From the NCBI GenBank assembly GCA_039191365.1, contig JBCCXQ010000004.1, positions 6,458 to 70,457 of the forward strand: 64,000 nt of DNA, in the 5' to 3' direction. A program made the position numbers and the translations under genes. Positions 10,664 to 21,715 of this stretch are shown here, piece after piece. The notes below the pieces were generated by a model. That model saw only the letters and a list, made by a program, of their open reading frames with translations. It ran no database searches and was not told the origin of the DNA. Position 1 is the stretch's first letter, and each line of letters opens with the position of its first letter. Source of the stretch: Cyanobacteria bacterium P01_F01_bin.13 (GTDB taxonomy: Bacteria > Cyanobacteriota > Cyanobacteriia > Phormidesmidales > Phormidesmidaceae).

Positions 10664-11839
10664 CTAGTGAGACACACCCGGTAATGGTTGCCCAAATTTC
10701 AAGGGTGTAGGTAACTCGGTTTGTATAATGGTGCGCTCAGCAGCAGGTTGCTGGATAGTCTGCAACGTTGGACCAGTATTTTCGGTCTCCTCAGGCTGAG
10801 GCACAGTACGAGACAGTTCGATTGGCGCTTGAGCAGTTTCCATGGGCTGCACAGCAGAAGTCTCTTCTGCCAATAGCTCTGTATCTACTGTCGCCTCAGA
10901 ATTCTCCACCATTGGAGACCGTGAAATAGCATTAGAGCTATTCGGGGCATCCTCTGCAACCACTACAGTCTCTTCAGGTAAAACATCTTCAGTCACTGAT
11001 TCCTCTAAAGGCTCCAAATTTTCAAAATTCGGTGACGCAGTTGCATCAGAGAGACCAGGCTGAGCATCTGTACTGATATCTGGCAAACCAGCACGATCAC
11101 CCTCTGGAGCCGCAGCCACTGCTGGCAGCACAACCACCTCGTCTAGTTCAGCCGATTCGAGTTCCGGTACCGTCATCGACGGTAAATCAGGAATAGTGGA
11201 ATCTTCCACAGGTGAGGGAGCATCATTTTCAAGTAAATCTTCTAGAGGCGGCACACTTACCACATCATCAGAAAGCTCAGATTCATAAGGATCAATGGGT
11301 ACAGCTACCGAGGATGACTGCCGCTCAGGCTGTTGCAGATTAGCTGCCGATAGGCTGATACGGTTAGCACGAGAAGGAGTAGGAGCAAGGTCAGTTGGAG
11401 TTGAGAATGTCGCCACTGCAGCTGAGCCATCTTCAATCAGAGGACGAAAACTCCAATGCCGTTGCCCATCACCACTATCATCAAACTGAATATCGGCCTG
11501 AGCAGACGCTAAAACAATCTCAGGGGCGAGTTCAATGACAACCCTGACTTGATTGGGAGTATATTGTGAGACTCGGATCGTTTGTACCGCTCCCTCATAA
11601 CTCTGCTCTGGTGCGATATTACCGACTTTTACATCAGGAATATCGAGCACCAAACGAGCAGGCTCTGATAATAGAAAAAACTCAGGCAAAATATTATCTG
11701 AGGACGAAAAGGTCAGCTCACTTGTAGCGGCATTAAAGAACCAATCGTGTAATTCCTCTGCCAACGCTGGTGAAACAGCCAGGGCAAAAGTGGCAATGCT
11801 AACCCCCAAAGACGGATACAAAAAATGCTTTAAACCCAT
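10664..11839 (-). CDS. AMIN-domain envelope protein with acidic low-complexity C-terminus
   Basis: Signal peptide; PARLVLDIP...IRVSQYTPNQVRVVIEL AMIN pattern; terminal FGQPLP. Confidence 0.8.
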   Translation of the reverse strand: MGLKHFLYPSLGVSIATFALAVSPALAEELHDWFFNAATSELTFSSSDNILPEFFLLSEPARLVLDIPDVKVGNIAPEQSYEGAVQTIRVSQYTPNQVRVVIELAPEIVLASAQADIQFDDSGDGQRHWSFRPLIEDGSAAVATFSTPTDLAPTPSRANRISLSAANLQQPERQSSSVAVPIDPYESELSDDVVSVPPLEDLLENDAPSPVEDSTIPDLPSMTVPELESAELDEVVVLPAVAAAPEGDRAGLPDISTDAQPGLSDATASPNFENLEPLEESVTEDVLPEETVVVAEDAPNSSNAISRSPMVENSEATVDTELLAEETSAVQPMETAQAPIELSRTVPQPEETENTGPTLQTIQQPAAERTIIQTELPTPLKFGQPLPGVSH

Positions 11840-12029
11840 GGGCTCAACCTACAGAAAACCGACAAACACTATTAAGGCTAAAAGGATACGGCAATTTGCC
11901 AAACATGACCCATATTTTTGATAAAAATTCCCTACAGCATGTGAAATTATCAGCCATCATAGATGCAGTCAAAGGGCACACAGGCAGTTTGGCTAATGTT
12001 TAGCTCCTATTGGAGGAAAAGTATATTCC

Positions 12030-12125
12030 ATGGAAATGCATGAGTTACTGACCCTAATTTTGCTTTTAAGTCCTGGTTTACTGCTATCGGCCCTCGTGAT
12101 GTCAGCCATGGCCTTTGGAGGTTAA
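12030..12125 (+). CDS. 31-aa single-TM microprotein, Norf4-like (not in ORF track)
   Basis: MEMHELLTLILLLSPGLLLSALVMSAMAFGG*; SD GGAGG at 12012-12016; length and LLL.PG..LS.LVM...GG pattern resemble Synechocystis Norf4 (recalled, not searched). Confidence 0.7.
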   Translation: MEMHELLTLILLLSPGLLLSALVMSAMAFGG

Positions 12126-12178
12126 TCAGTCAAATCATCTCATAAGCACAAAGAATATAGGGTTTTGAGGTATAAGCC

Positions 12179-12763
12179 ATGGTGATGGTTGAATCTACAA
12201 TGCTGGCTTTGGGCACCCAAGCGCCAACATTTTCACTGACAGATGTTGTATCTGATAACACTGTTACTCCTAATACTTTTGCAGGCAGCAAAGCACTGCT
12301 GGTGATGTTTATTTGTGTTCACTGCCCCTTTGTAAAACATGTTGAACACGAGTTGGCTAAAATTGGCCATGACTATGCTGATAAAGGCCTCAGCATAGTG
12401 GCCATCAGCTCTAACAGCATCCAAACTCATCCCCAGGATGCTCCCGAGCATATGAAGACTCAGGCAAAGGAGCAAGGTTTCAATTTCCCTTACTGTTATG
12501 ACGACACCCAAGCAGTAGCAAAAGCCTACACGGCTGCTTGTACGCCTGACTTTTTCCTATTTGACGCTACTCTTAAGCTAGCCTATCGAGGACAACTGGA
12601 TGATAGTCGCCCTAGCAATGGTAAACCCGTCACTGGTAAAGATCTGCGACTCGCCATTGAAACTGTTTTAGGGGGACAAAGTTTATCTGACCAACAAATG
12701 CCGAGTGTAGGCTGCAATATTAAATGGATAACAGGTCAAGCCCCTGACTATTTTGGGGCCTAA
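12179..12763 (+). CDS. Thioredoxin-fold AhpC/TSA family protein
   Basis: MFICVHCPFV, PQDAPEHM, YTAACTPDFF, YRGQLDDSRP, SVGCNIKW. Confidence 0.9.
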   Translation: MVMVESTMLALGTQAPTFSLTDVVSDNTVTPNTFAGSKALLVMFICVHCPFVKHVEHELAKIGHDYADKGLSIVAISSNSIQTHPQDAPEHMKTQAKEQGFNFPYCYDDTQAVAKAYTAACTPDFFLFDATLKLAYRGQLDDSRPSNGKPVTGKDLRLAIETVLGGQSLSDQQMPSVGCNIKWITGQAPDYFGA

Positions 12764-12921
12764 CTTTCCAAATTAGGAGCATCCTACTTCAGTCGGACAC
12801 TTCTAATATGAATTTAGGAGATAGGAACCAGAATGCAGAGTATAGAAGAGGCCCGAACTCTATACTCCTATATTCTAAATTCTATCCTTGGGAAAACTTT
12901 CTATTTAAGTTAGCACCCAAA

Positions 12922-13800
12922 TTAGTACATCAGGTTTGCTCTAGGATTAAAATCTTCGATTGCCCGTAGTTTTTCATAGAGTTCGACTTCTCGATCGCTA
13001 AGTATTTTAGGAACCGCTACTTCTACTTCTACAATTTGGTCGCCCCGCTCCTCAGGGACACGACCATAGCCTTTGCCAGCTAAGCGTAGCTTTCGTCCAG
13101 ACTGAATACCAGCTGGAATGGTCATTTGCACTGGCCCATCCAACGTGGGCACGGTCACCTGGCCACCAAGTACAGCCTCACTGGGTGTAATTGGCAAATG
13201 GCACACAATATCCCGACCCTGCACGCTCAAAAAACGATGAGGTTCCACCATGATATTTAGATATAGATCACCTCCGTTAATACCCTGACCTCGCAAACGA
13301 ATACGCTGGCCTGTAAACATACCCGGTGGCATCTCCACTTCTAATGCCCGTCCATCTTCAAGGCGTATCCGTTCAGACCCTCCTTGAAACGCTCGTTCTA
13401 GAGGGACTTGTAAAGAGGCCTCAGCATCCCGACGATGGGTTCCATTAGTCTTCTGAGACTGTGGCTTTTTGTGTGGTTTAGGAGCTACCTCAAAGTCTGT
13501 TTGACGGTTGAGTAACTGATCTACAAACCGATTAAAGTCTTCTAGATCCCGATAGTCGGCCTCAGATTTTTGCTGTAACCAATGATGTCGGTAATCGTCA
13601 TACTGCAATTTCCGATCAGGATCCGACAAAATTTCATAGGCCTCATTCAGAGATTTAAAGCGTTCTTCAGAGTCTTGATTACCAGGATTGAGATCGGGAT
13701 GAAACTGCCGAGCCAGTCTACGATAGGCTTGCTTAATTAACTGAGCATCGGCACTAGGAATAATGCCGAGAATCTCATAGTAGTCTCGAAAGTTTTGCAT
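12922..13800 (-). CDS. dnaJ: DnaJ-class co-chaperone (J domain plus C-terminal domain, no Zn finger; DnaJ3-like)
   Basis: DYYEILG, HPD motif, EAVLGG.V.VPTLDG; 17 nt downstream of dnaK. Confidence 0.9.
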   Translation of the reverse strand: MQNFRDYYEILGIIPSADAQLIKQAYRRLARQFHPDLNPGNQDSEERFKSLNEAYEILSDPDRKLQYDDYRHHWLQQKSEADYRDLEDFNRFVDQLLNRQTDFEVAPKPHKKPQSQKTNGTHRRDAEASLQVPLERAFQGGSERIRLEDGRALEVEMPPGMFTGQRIRLRGQGINGGDLYLNIMVEPHRFLSVQGRDIVCHLPITPSEAVLGGQVTVPTLDGPVQMTIPAGIQSGRKLRLAGKGYGRVPEERGDQIVEVEVAVPKILSDREVELYEKLRAIEDFNPRANLMY

Positions 13801-13817
13801 AGTGGAGCCTGACTCAC

Positions 13818-16772
13818 CTACCAGACTTCATCCTGGTCTCCCCAGTCATCGTCATAACGCTGAGAGCTGTTGGGTGGCCGACTAGAAGAAGATCTGCGGG
13901 AATAGTCTTGGGATGAAGGAGCATCTCCAGAGCTAACGGGTTTATCTGCCCAAGGGTCATCATCCACAGGAGCATTAGCATCCCATTTATTTTTTACAGA
14001 CGCCTCGCTAGTTGGATAGCTATCGTTTGACTGAGGAGAATAGTTATCATTCGAAGATGAGGCATAGCGCCCTGAAGACGATTGTCTTGCAGCGGGCCCA
14101 TTAGCGGCAGACTGTTGACGGTAATCGCCGTGACGACCACTATCTTGTCGATAAACCGGCGGGCGAGAGTTCGTCCCTTGGTAGGGATAGTCATTCTGCT
14201 GACGATAGGGCTGTGGACCAGCGTCTCTCTGATCAGAGTCACGCGAGGATGGACTCCCATAGAACTGTGTAGGTTGTTGCCCTGACTGCCAATTATTGGG
14301 TGTATTGGCAGAGGGTGGTCGAGAACCCGAATCACCTACAGGTCTTGCACCAGATGAGTTCTGGCCTTGCCCATATGGTGGCACTCTCTCTTGCCGTTGA
14401 GCACCACCATAACTAGAGGAGTTATCACTGCCCTGATTGTATCTTCGCCGCCGTTCAGCATCCTGGTGGTCATAAAACTCTTGATTACCTTGACTATAGA
14501 AATCCTGTCCATAGGAGTTTTGGCCATAGGACTCTTGGTTGTAAGCAGGTTGACCATAGGCATCCTGTGAACGATCTTGGTCATAGCGAGGGGACAACTG
14601 CGAATCGTAAGAACCTGAATCAGCCCGAGGAGGAGCTTGGTCATAACGCCCTTGATCGTAGCGACTCTGGTCGTAACGCTCCTGACCATAGGAAAGATTG
14701 TCATAACCACGTGGAGTGTCATAGCCCTGACTACTGGCAGCCCCACCTCCTTGGCGTGCATTTGAGCGGCTCCAGGTATCGTCCCAATCATCCCAACCAT
14801 TCCGATTGTCACGACGACCGGCAGACCAGCTGGGACTATCCCACTGACTTTGACCATTCCAGTCATAGTCACGACGATAGTAATCATCGTCATCGTCAAA
14901 TGCCTTTTTGATGGTGTCGCCGATTTGGCTCAAGATATTACCGTCATCGTTGTCAGCGTCATACAAATAGGCTTCGCGATTCAGTTCGTACAGTTCATCC
15001 TGTAGCTCAGACTGAATCATATCGATCATGCGCTCATCTTCACGCTTCAGTGCATCGCGCAAGTCTTGAATGAGATTGTCAATACGACGTTTGCGATCGC
15101 GAGCAAACTGCAGCCCAAAATCAATGGAAACACTACGCATCGCACGCTCTGCTTGAAAAGTAAGCGTTTCAGCCCGGTTGCGCTTTTCAATCCGTTCCCG
15201 CTGACCTCGGTCTACATCAGCAAATTCCTCTGCTTCCCGCAGCATCTTTTGGATGTCATCCTCGGATAGGTTCGAAGCTTCTTGAACAGTAATGCTTTGC
15301 TCACGGCCTGTGGTTTTATCCATCGCCGACACCTGCAAAATACCATTAGCATCGATATCGAAGGACACCTGTACCTGAGGAATGCCACGAGGGGCTGGGG
15401 GAATTCCCATTAGTTTGAACCGACCCAGGGATTTATTATCAGACCCCATTTCCCGCTCACCCTGGAGCACATGCACTTCGACCACAGTTTGATTATTTTC
15501 AGATGTTGAAAATACGTCAGAGCGCCGCACTGGAATCGTGGTGTTGCGAGGAATCACCTTTTTCATGACGCCGCCAATGGTCTCTAAGCCCAGAGATAGG
15601 GGCGTAACGTCCAGCAGCATGATGTCCTGCACTTCCTCGGTGAGAATACCGGCCTGGATAGCCGCACCAACGGCAACTGCTTCATCAGGATTCACATTTT
15701 GACTAGGCTCCTTACTGAGGAGAGAGCGTACCAGCTGCTGCACCATAGGCATACGACTCAAACCTCCCACCAACACCACCTCATCAATTTGAGACGGGGA
15801 TAGACGAGCATCGTTCATCGCCTGTTGCACCGGGGCTCGTAAACGGCCAATCAGCTCGGCACAAAGGGTTTCAAAGTGCGATCTCGATAGCTTTTTCTCA
15901 ATATGCTTGGGACCATCGGCAGTCGCCGTAATAAACGGCAGATTAATCTCGGCAGTGGGTAGCCCCGAAAGTTCTACCTTAGCTTTTTCAGCCGCTTCGG
16001 TTAAACGTTGTAGGGCCTGACGGTCTCGACGCAGATCAATACCTTCAGTGTCTAAAAATTCGTCCGCCAACCAATCAACAATTTTCTTATCAAAATTGAC
16101 ACCACCTAGCTGGGTATCACCACTGGTAGACCTAACCTCAAACACCCCATTGCGCACATCTAGGATGGAAACATCAAAGGTGCCGCCACCTAGGTCAAAC
16201 ACCAATATTGTTTGATTAAACTGCTGTTCTAATCCGTAGGCCAACGCCGCTGCTGTAGGCTCATTAATAATTCGCTTAACCTCCAAACCAGCGATGCGTC
16301 CTGCATCCCGCGTAGCCTGACGTTGAGCATCATTAAAGTAAGCAGGTACCGTAATTACAGCTCCTGTCACCGGCTGCCCCATATAGCGACTGGCTTCCTC
16401 GGCCAACTTACGCAGCACCATTGCCGACACTTCTTCCGGCGCAAAGTCCTTATCTAATCGTGGACAACGGATTTTGACATTGCCTACATCGTCTTTTCGC
16501 ACAGTATAGGGAACGCGCTTTGACTCAGAACTCAACTCCGTATACTTACGCCCCATATATCGCTTGACGTTGTAAAACGTATTTTGAGGATTGAGCACCG
16601 CCTGCCGCCGTGCCATCTGCCCCACCAAACGCTCACCTTCTTTACTAAATGCAACCACAGAAGGAGTGGTACGCATCCCTTCTGTGTTGGCAATGACCAC
16701 CGGCTTGCCACCTTCGATGACTGAGACAACTGAGTTGGTAGTACCGAGGTCAATACCGACGACCTTTCCCAT
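13818..16772 (-). CDS. dnaK: Hsp70 chaperone, cyanobacterial DnaK3 type, with long low-complexity C-terminal tail
   Basis: [42 protein letters not shown]; linked dnaJ; acidic-Trp C-terminus [11 protein letters not shown]. Confidence 0.95.
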   Translation of the reverse strand: MGKVVGIDLGTTNSVVSVIEGGKPVVIANTEGMRTTPSVVAFSKEGERLVGQMARRQAVLNPQNTFYNVKRYMGRKYTELSSESKRVPYTVRKDDVGNVKIRCPRLDKDFAPEEVSAMVLRKLAEEASRYMGQPVTGAVITVPAYFNDAQRQATRDAGRIAGLEVKRIINEPTAAALAYGLEQQFNQTILVFDLGGGTFDVSILDVRNGVFEVRSTSGDTQLGGVNFDKKIVDWLADEFLDTEGIDLRRDRQALQRLTEAAEKAKVELSGLPTAEINLPFITATADGPKHIEKKLSRSHFETLCAELIGRLRAPVQQAMNDARLSPSQIDEVVLVGGLSRMPMVQQLVRSLLSKEPSQNVNPDEAVAVGAAIQAGILTEEVQDIMLLDVTPLSLGLETIGGVMKKVIPRNTTIPVRRSDVFSTSENNQTVVEVHVLQGEREMGSDNKSLGRFKLMGIPPAPRGIPQVQVSFDIDANGILQVSAMDKTTGREQSITVQEASNLSEDDIQKMLREAEEFADVDRGQRERIEKRNRAETLTFQAERAMRSVSIDFGLQFARDRKRRIDNLIQDLRDALKREDERMIDMIQSELQDELYELNREAYLYDADNDDGNILSQIGDTIKKAFDDDDDYYRRDYDWNGQSQWDSPSWSAGRRDNRNGWDDWDDTWSRSNARQGGGAASSQGYDTPRGYDNLSYGQERYDQSRYDQGRYDQAPPRADSGSYDSQLSPRYDQDRSQDAYGQPAYNQESYGQNSYGQDFYSQGNQEFYDHQDAERRRRYNQGSDNSSSYGGAQRQERVPPYGQGQNSSGARPVGDSGSRPPSANTPNNWQSGQQPTQFYGSPSSRDSDQRDAGPQPYRQQNDYPYQGTNSRPPVYRQDSGRHGDYRQQSAANGPAARQSSSGRYASSSNDNYSPQSNDSYPTSEASVKNKWDANAPVDDDPWADKPVSSGDAPSSQDYSRRSSSSRPPNSSQRYDDDWGDQDEVW

Positions 16773-16983
16773 TCGCTAGGTTTCTCCCACTTCGCTTGTA
16801 GCGACGATAGCCGCCTACACAATTAATCATATATATAGTAGTTACTTAGTAGTCTAAGCCACTATTGCGCTGTAGCTTAATCGCATGTATACACCATCAT
16901 AATGGTCTGGTTAGGATAGAATTGTCTATTCCGGAGAACCGTCTATAACTTGTTCGAATTCTCTGATAGGATGGTGTTCGCAA

Positions 16984-17066
16984 GCGGATGTGGCGGAATT
17001 GGTAGACGCGCTAGGTTTAGGTTCTAGTGTCTTCGTGACGTGAAGGTTCAAGTCCTTTCATCCGCA
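16984..17066 (+). tRNA. trnL: tRNA-Leu (anticodon TAG)
   Basis: Acceptor GCGGATG/CATCCGC+A, D loop GGAATTGGTAGAC, anticodon arm CTAGG-TTTAGGT-TCTAG, long variable arm, GGTTCAAGTCC; CCA not encoded. Confidence 0.95.
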
Positions 17067-17069
17067 TTA

Positions 17070-17108
17070 AAAAAGCTCCGACCTTTTCATCAAAGATCGG
17101 AGCTTTTT
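17070..17108 (+). terminator. Terminator after tRNA-Leu
   Basis: aaaaagctccga ... tcggagcttttt inverted repeat. Confidence 0.85.
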
Positions 17109-17200
17109 GATGGTTGCAAATTCGGTAACCCAGCTTATTTGCTCATGGGTTCAACTCATACTGTGGCCAAGAACCCAATGTGAGCGCTCAGGAGCACTCT

Positions 17201-17609
17201 ATGAAGAAGCGAATAAAATCTGGGTTAGCAACACTGGTAGCAGTTATTAGTTTGGCAAACTGTGGTACCAACAACCAGATTAGCAATGATTTCAGCTCCA
17301 AAGCAGGTATTCCAATGGAGAGAACGGCTGTAGCTGACTCTGCCACTATTTTGACCACTCAAGAAAGTGAGATTGCACCAGCCGCACCCAAAGCAGATAC
17401 TAGTAGTCCAGTAGAACCTCCCAATGATGTCGCACTCTGAGCGAAACCATTAACGCCACCTGGCAAAAGGCCACGCAGTCAGTTGGTGGCTTGACGGTAG
17501 CACTAATGCAGATGGGTTTATGGCTGTTAGCCTACAGTCCTTACCTATAGTTATGGCTATTGGCAGTGCTCTAGGCTACAGCAGTCTGCGGCGGAGAACA
17601 AACACCTAG
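17201..17609 (+). pseudogene. DUF4349-family lipoprotein pseudogene (core deleted, two frameshifts)
   Basis: SD plus MKKRIK..LANC lipobox; shifted frames read LSETINATWQKATQSVGGLTVALMQMGLWLLAYSPYL then IVMAIGSALGYSSLRRRTNT*, resembling DUF4349 C-termini; central domain absent. Confidence 0.65.
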
Positions 17610-18595
17610 ACTCCGTAGTAGTCCTTATACCAGGTAACAAACCTCCCAATCCCTACTTCCAAAGGTGTACTGGGGGCAAAACCAACATCAGCGCTCAAAT
17701 CTGCAACGTCAGCATAGGTTGCCGTTACATCTCCAGGCTGCATAGGCATCATCTCCTTAACCGCTGTCTTACCTAAAGCTTTTTCAATAATCTCGATAAA
17801 TTGCATTAGCTCTACAGGATTATGATTACCGATGTTATAAATCTTGTAGGGAGCCGTCGTATTAAAGTTTTCATCGGCAACTGGCTGAGGTATACGCCGC
17901 ATAACACGCACCACGCCCTCGACTACATCATCTATGTAGGTAAAGTCGCGTTTCATTTTGCCGTGATTATAGACTTGGATCGGTCGATCGTTTGCGATCG
18001 CATCCACAAACTTAAAGTAGGCCATATCCGGTCGACCAAAAGGACCATAGACTGTAAAAAATCTCAGGCCTGTAGTCGGCAAGTTATACAGGTGACTATA
18101 GGAATGTGCCATCAGCTCATTCGCTTTTTTAGTTGCTGCATAGAGTGACACCGGGTGATCAACACTATCCGTTGTTGCGAATGGTGCCTTGCGATTAGCC
18201 CCGTACACCGAGCTGGACGAAGCATAAACTAAATGATCTACACCACTATGACGGCACCCTTCCAAAACATGAATAAATCCCGTTAGATTACTATCTGCAT
18301 ATGCATAAGGATTTTTAAGCGAATATCGTACCCCCGCTTGAGCAGCCAAGTGAACCACGCGATCAAACGAATGCTTTTGAAACAAGTTTTCCATTTTGGC
18401 ACGGTCAGCCAAGTCTAGAGCCGTAAATGAAAACGATGAATGGGGCAATAGTTCCGCCAATCGATCCTTTTTCAAGGACACATCATAGTAATCATTTAAA
18501 TTGTCAATACCATGGACATTATCGCCATCCGCCAACAGCTGCTTTGCCACAAAGTGACCAATAAAACCAGCTACACCTGTTACTAAAATATTCAT
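17606..18595 (-). CDS. NAD-dependent epimerase (UDP-glucuronate 4-epimerase type)
   Basis: GVAGFIG, HLAAQAGVRYS, YASSSSVYG, YAATK, RFFTVYGP.GRPDMA. Confidence 0.92.
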   Translation of the reverse strand: MNILVTGVAGFIGHFVAKQLLADGDNVHGIDNLNDYYDVSLKKDRLAELLPHSSFSFTALDLADRAKMENLFQKHSFDRVVHLAAQAGVRYSLKNPYAYADSNLTGFIHVLEGCRHSGVDHLVYASSSSVYGANRKAPFATTDSVDHPVSLYAATKKANELMAHSYSHLYNLPTTGLRFFTVYGPFGRPDMAYFKFVDAIANDRPIQVYNHGKMKRDFTYIDDVVEGVVRVMRRIPQPVADENFNTTAPYKIYNIGNHNPVELMQFIEIIEKALGKTAVKEMMPMQPGDVTATYADVADLSADVGFAPSTPLEVGIGRFVTWYKDYYGV

Positions 18596-18970
18596 ATTTT
18601 TAGCTATATTTCATAAAAATCGTCTTATTACAGATTATCGTTTTCTACCTGCTCGCAAGCTCGAAAAACGGCTGGACTTCATAAGCCATTAACGTACGTG
18701 TTCATACGGATAACCTATATGAAATCGTACCTTTGATTCTAAGAGGCTTGATTCAAAAGGATATAGACCGAGAAAAAGCTCACACGGATAGGCAAAGTCA
18801 CATATTTCTTTAGTCTTGTATGAGCCATACTTCAAGTTTCAGCCGTGATTTACATTGCCATGACTCAACTGATGCTTAGAAGACTGACATAATTGGATAC
18901 ATTCCTCCCATCAGGAAATCATTCTCTGAGAAGACATGTAGATTCAATTTAAAAACTGCTCAAAAATTTG

Positions 18971-19011
18971 AGAGTTCATTTTTGCAAAGTAGATTTGCAA
19001 AAATGAACTCT
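18971..19011. repeat. Perfect 18-bp inverted repeat in epimerase/pnp intergenic region
   Basis: AGAGTTCATTTTTGCAAA-gtaga-TTTGCAAAAATGAACTCT. Confidence 0.9.
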
Positions 19012-19275
19012 TCTTAATTGATTTTTGTATGTTTTTCTTCCCATCAAGCACATACTTTCAAAGTAGTATGTCAATCAATACATCGACCTATATAGATTTC
19101 TGAGATAAATCATATCTACCCTTAAACGCTGCCTAACAAACATCTTCAGATTCATTTAAAAGTAGCTTCTAGCATTAGCTCCATCTTTATTTATGGCAAG
19201 GAAACAACTGTTCTACATCAGTGCTAGGATTGCCAGAGAACAAATGTGAAAGAAGTAAGAAGGACTTAATTGTAA

Positions 19276-21432
19276 ATGCAAGAAATTGACAAGTTAATAT
19301 CCTTTGATGGACGGGATATTCGACTTAAAATGGGCCTTTTGGCACCCCAGGCAGGTGGCTCCGTCCTAATTGAATCCGGAGAAACTGCTGTATTAGTAAC
19401 CGCCACATTATCAGACCCACGACCTGGCATCGATTTTCTGCCCTTATTAGTTGATTACGAAGAACGCCTCTACGCAGCTGGTCGTATTCCCGGTGGATTT
19501 TTGCGGCGCGAAGGACGCCCCCCAGAACGGGCCACGTTAGTTAGTCGTTTAATCGACCGGCCAATGCGACCCCTTTTCCCGTCATGGATGCGCAACGATA
19601 TCCAAATTGTGGCCACCACGGTCTCGATAGACCATAACGTTCCCCCTGATGTACTGGCAGCAACAGGAGCATCCTTAGCAACGCTCCTAGCTCAGATCCC
19701 GTTTTATGGCCCTATGGCAGCTGTACGGGTAGGCTTAATCGGAGATGACTTCATTATTAACCCAACTTATAAAGAGATAGCAGATGGGGACTTAGACCTC
19801 ATTGTTGCTGGTTCCCCTGACGGGGTAATCATGGTTGAGGCCGGGGCCAACCAACTGCCTGAACAAGATGTCATTGAAGCTATCGACTTTGGCTATGAGG
19901 TCGTGCGCGACATTATCCAAGCTCAGAAGGACATCATTACAGAGCTGGGCATTGAGCAAATAACAATACCTAAACCAGAAGCCGATCCCACATTAGCCAA
20001 CTTTTTGGCAGATAAAGCCACTGATGAGATTAAGGACATCCTAAAACAGTTTGAGTTATCCAAACCTGAACGCGACGAAAAACTGGACGGCCTCAAAGCT
20101 CAAATTAATGAGCAGATAGATGAGCTCGCCGAAGATGAGCCCATCAAAGTAGCGATTACTGAAGATGGCAAAGCATTTGGCAATGCCTATAAAGCACTCA
20201 CTAAAAAACTCATGCGGGCACAGATTCTGGAAGAGAGTGTGCGCGTTGATGGTCGTAAACTCGATGAAGTCAGACCCATTAGCTGTCGAACCCAAGTCCT
20301 ACCAAACCGAGTCCATGGTACCGGTTTATTCCGACGTGGCCTGACTCAGGTAATGTCTGTAGTGACATTGGGTACCCCTGGCGATGCGCAGATCACAGAT
20401 GACCTACATCCAGATGAAGAAAAACGCTACTTGCATCACTACAATTTTCCTCCCTACTCAGTGGGAGAAACTCGTCCCATGCGTTCACCAGGACGACGAG
20501 AAGTAGGACATGGCGCATTAGCAGAGCGGGCGTTAATGCCGGTTCTACCGCCAATGGCTGATTTTCCCTATGTCATCCGAGTGGTATCTGAGGTCCTATC
20601 CTCCAATGGTTCCACCTCCATGGGCTCGGTATGTGGCTCCACATTATCCTTGATGGATGCAGGCGTCCCTCTATCTAAACCCGTGAGTGGTGCAGCCATG
20701 GGTTTGATTAAAGAAGGTGATGAAGTCCGCATCCTGACCGATATTCAGGGCATCGAAGACTTCCTTGGGGATATGGACTTCAAAGTTGCGGGTACTGATA
20801 GCGGTATCACTGCCCTGCAGATGGATATGAAGATTACGGGGCTGGCGATGGCAACGATTGCCGAAGCTATCAACCAGGCTAAGCCTGCCAGACTGCATAT
20901 CCTCTCCAAAATGCTAGAGGCCATCAATGCTCCTCGGACTGAACTATCGCCCTATGCGCCTAGACTTCTAACATTCAAGATCAATCCAGAGATGATCGGC
21001 ATGGTGATCGGACCTGGGGGTAAACAAATCAAGAGCATCACCGATGAGACTGGAGCTAAAGTAGACATTCAAGATGACGGGACCATTACCGTCTCTTCTG
21101 TCGATGGTGCTGCTGCTGAGCGGGCACAAGCGTTGATCGAGGCCATCACCTTTAAACCCTCTGCGGGGGATGTGTATGTGGGTAAAGTCACTCGCATTAT
21201 TCCCATTGGGGCATTTGTGGAATATCGGCCTGGAAAAGAAGGCATGATCCATATTTCTCAACTAGCGGACTACCGAGTTAATAAAGTTGAAGATGAGGTA
21301 ACCGTCGGCGAGGAAGTACTGATCAAAATTCGCGAGATCGATGGCCGTGGCCGGGTCAATCTCACCCGACTCAATATCCATCCGGATGAAGCTAACAAGG
21401 CAAGAGAAGCTGCTGGGCTAGCCACTGAATAG
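19276..21432 (+). CDS. pnp: Polyribonucleotide nucleotidyltransferase
   Basis: [50 protein letters not shown] and S1 domains. Confidence 0.98.
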   Translation: MQEIDKLISFDGRDIRLKMGLLAPQAGGSVLIESGETAVLVTATLSDPRPGIDFLPLLVDYEERLYAAGRIPGGFLRREGRPPERATLVSRLIDRPMRPLFPSWMRNDIQIVATTVSIDHNVPPDVLAATGASLATLLAQIPFYGPMAAVRVGLIGDDFIINPTYKEIADGDLDLIVAGSPDGVIMVEAGANQLPEQDVIEAIDFGYEVVRDIIQAQKDIITELGIEQITIPKPEADPTLANFLADKATDEIKDILKQFELSKPERDEKLDGLKAQINEQIDELAEDEPIKVAITEDGKAFGNAYKALTKKLMRAQILEESVRVDGRKLDEVRPISCRTQVLPNRVHGTGLFRRGLTQVMSVVTLGTPGDAQITDDLHPDEEKRYLHHYNFPPYSVGETRPMRSPGRREVGHGALAERALMPVLPPMADFPYVIRVVSEVLSSNGSTSMGSVCGSTLSLMDAGVPLSKPVSGAAMGLIKEGDEVRILTDIQGIEDFLGDMDFKVAGTDSGITALQMDMKITGLAMATIAEAINQAKPARLHILSKMLEAINAPRTELSPYAPRLLTFKINPEMIGMVIGPGGKQIKSITDETGAKVDIQDDGTITVSSVDGAAAERAQALIEAITFKPSAGDVYVGKVTRIIPIGAFVEYRPGKEGMIHISQLADYRVNKVEDEVTVGEEVLIKIREIDGRGRVNLTRLNIHPDEANKAREAAGLATE

Positions 21433-21449
21433 CAAGCCCAGCCAATATA

Positions 21450-21564
21450 CATCTGTAGGAAGTTTTGCTCACGATACAGAGTCCTACAGATGCAAGTTTT
21501 TATTTGAGGATTGAGTGATTGAGTGTGGACTAACTTACAAATAGACCACAACTCAGTCACTCAA
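21450..21564 (+). terminator. Two tandem stem-loops after pnp (terminator or processing site)
   Basis: catctgtagga/tcctacagatg followed by a T-rich tract, then ttgagtgattgagtgtgg/ccacaactcagtcactcaa. Confidence 0.6.
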
Positions 21565-21715
21565 CATTGCAAAGAGCTGCAAAACAAGCGTCTAACCCTT
21601 AAATTAGTCAAATCGACTAAGCACTGTATTTGTCGATCCATTGACCTAATTTGCACTGGGTTAAGGTTTCTCGGTACGATGCTTCATGCACTGTTAAGAG
21701 CGAAATTAAACATCC

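Noticed and set aside
11876-11935. Possible NtcA sites upstream of the Norf4-like gene
   Set aside because: Only TAC half-sites (GGC-N8-TAC, TAA-N8-TAC); too degenerate
13994-14899. Two abutting alternative-frame ORFs (187 aa and 113 aa) over the dnaK tail
   Set aside because: The MT/MV/TI-rich translation is a frame shadow of the Asp/Tyr/Gly codons of the tail; no recognisable domain
16984-17200. tRNA-Leu as an integration site for an island
   Set aside because: No integrase and no duplicated tRNA 3' end seen; the terminator follows directly
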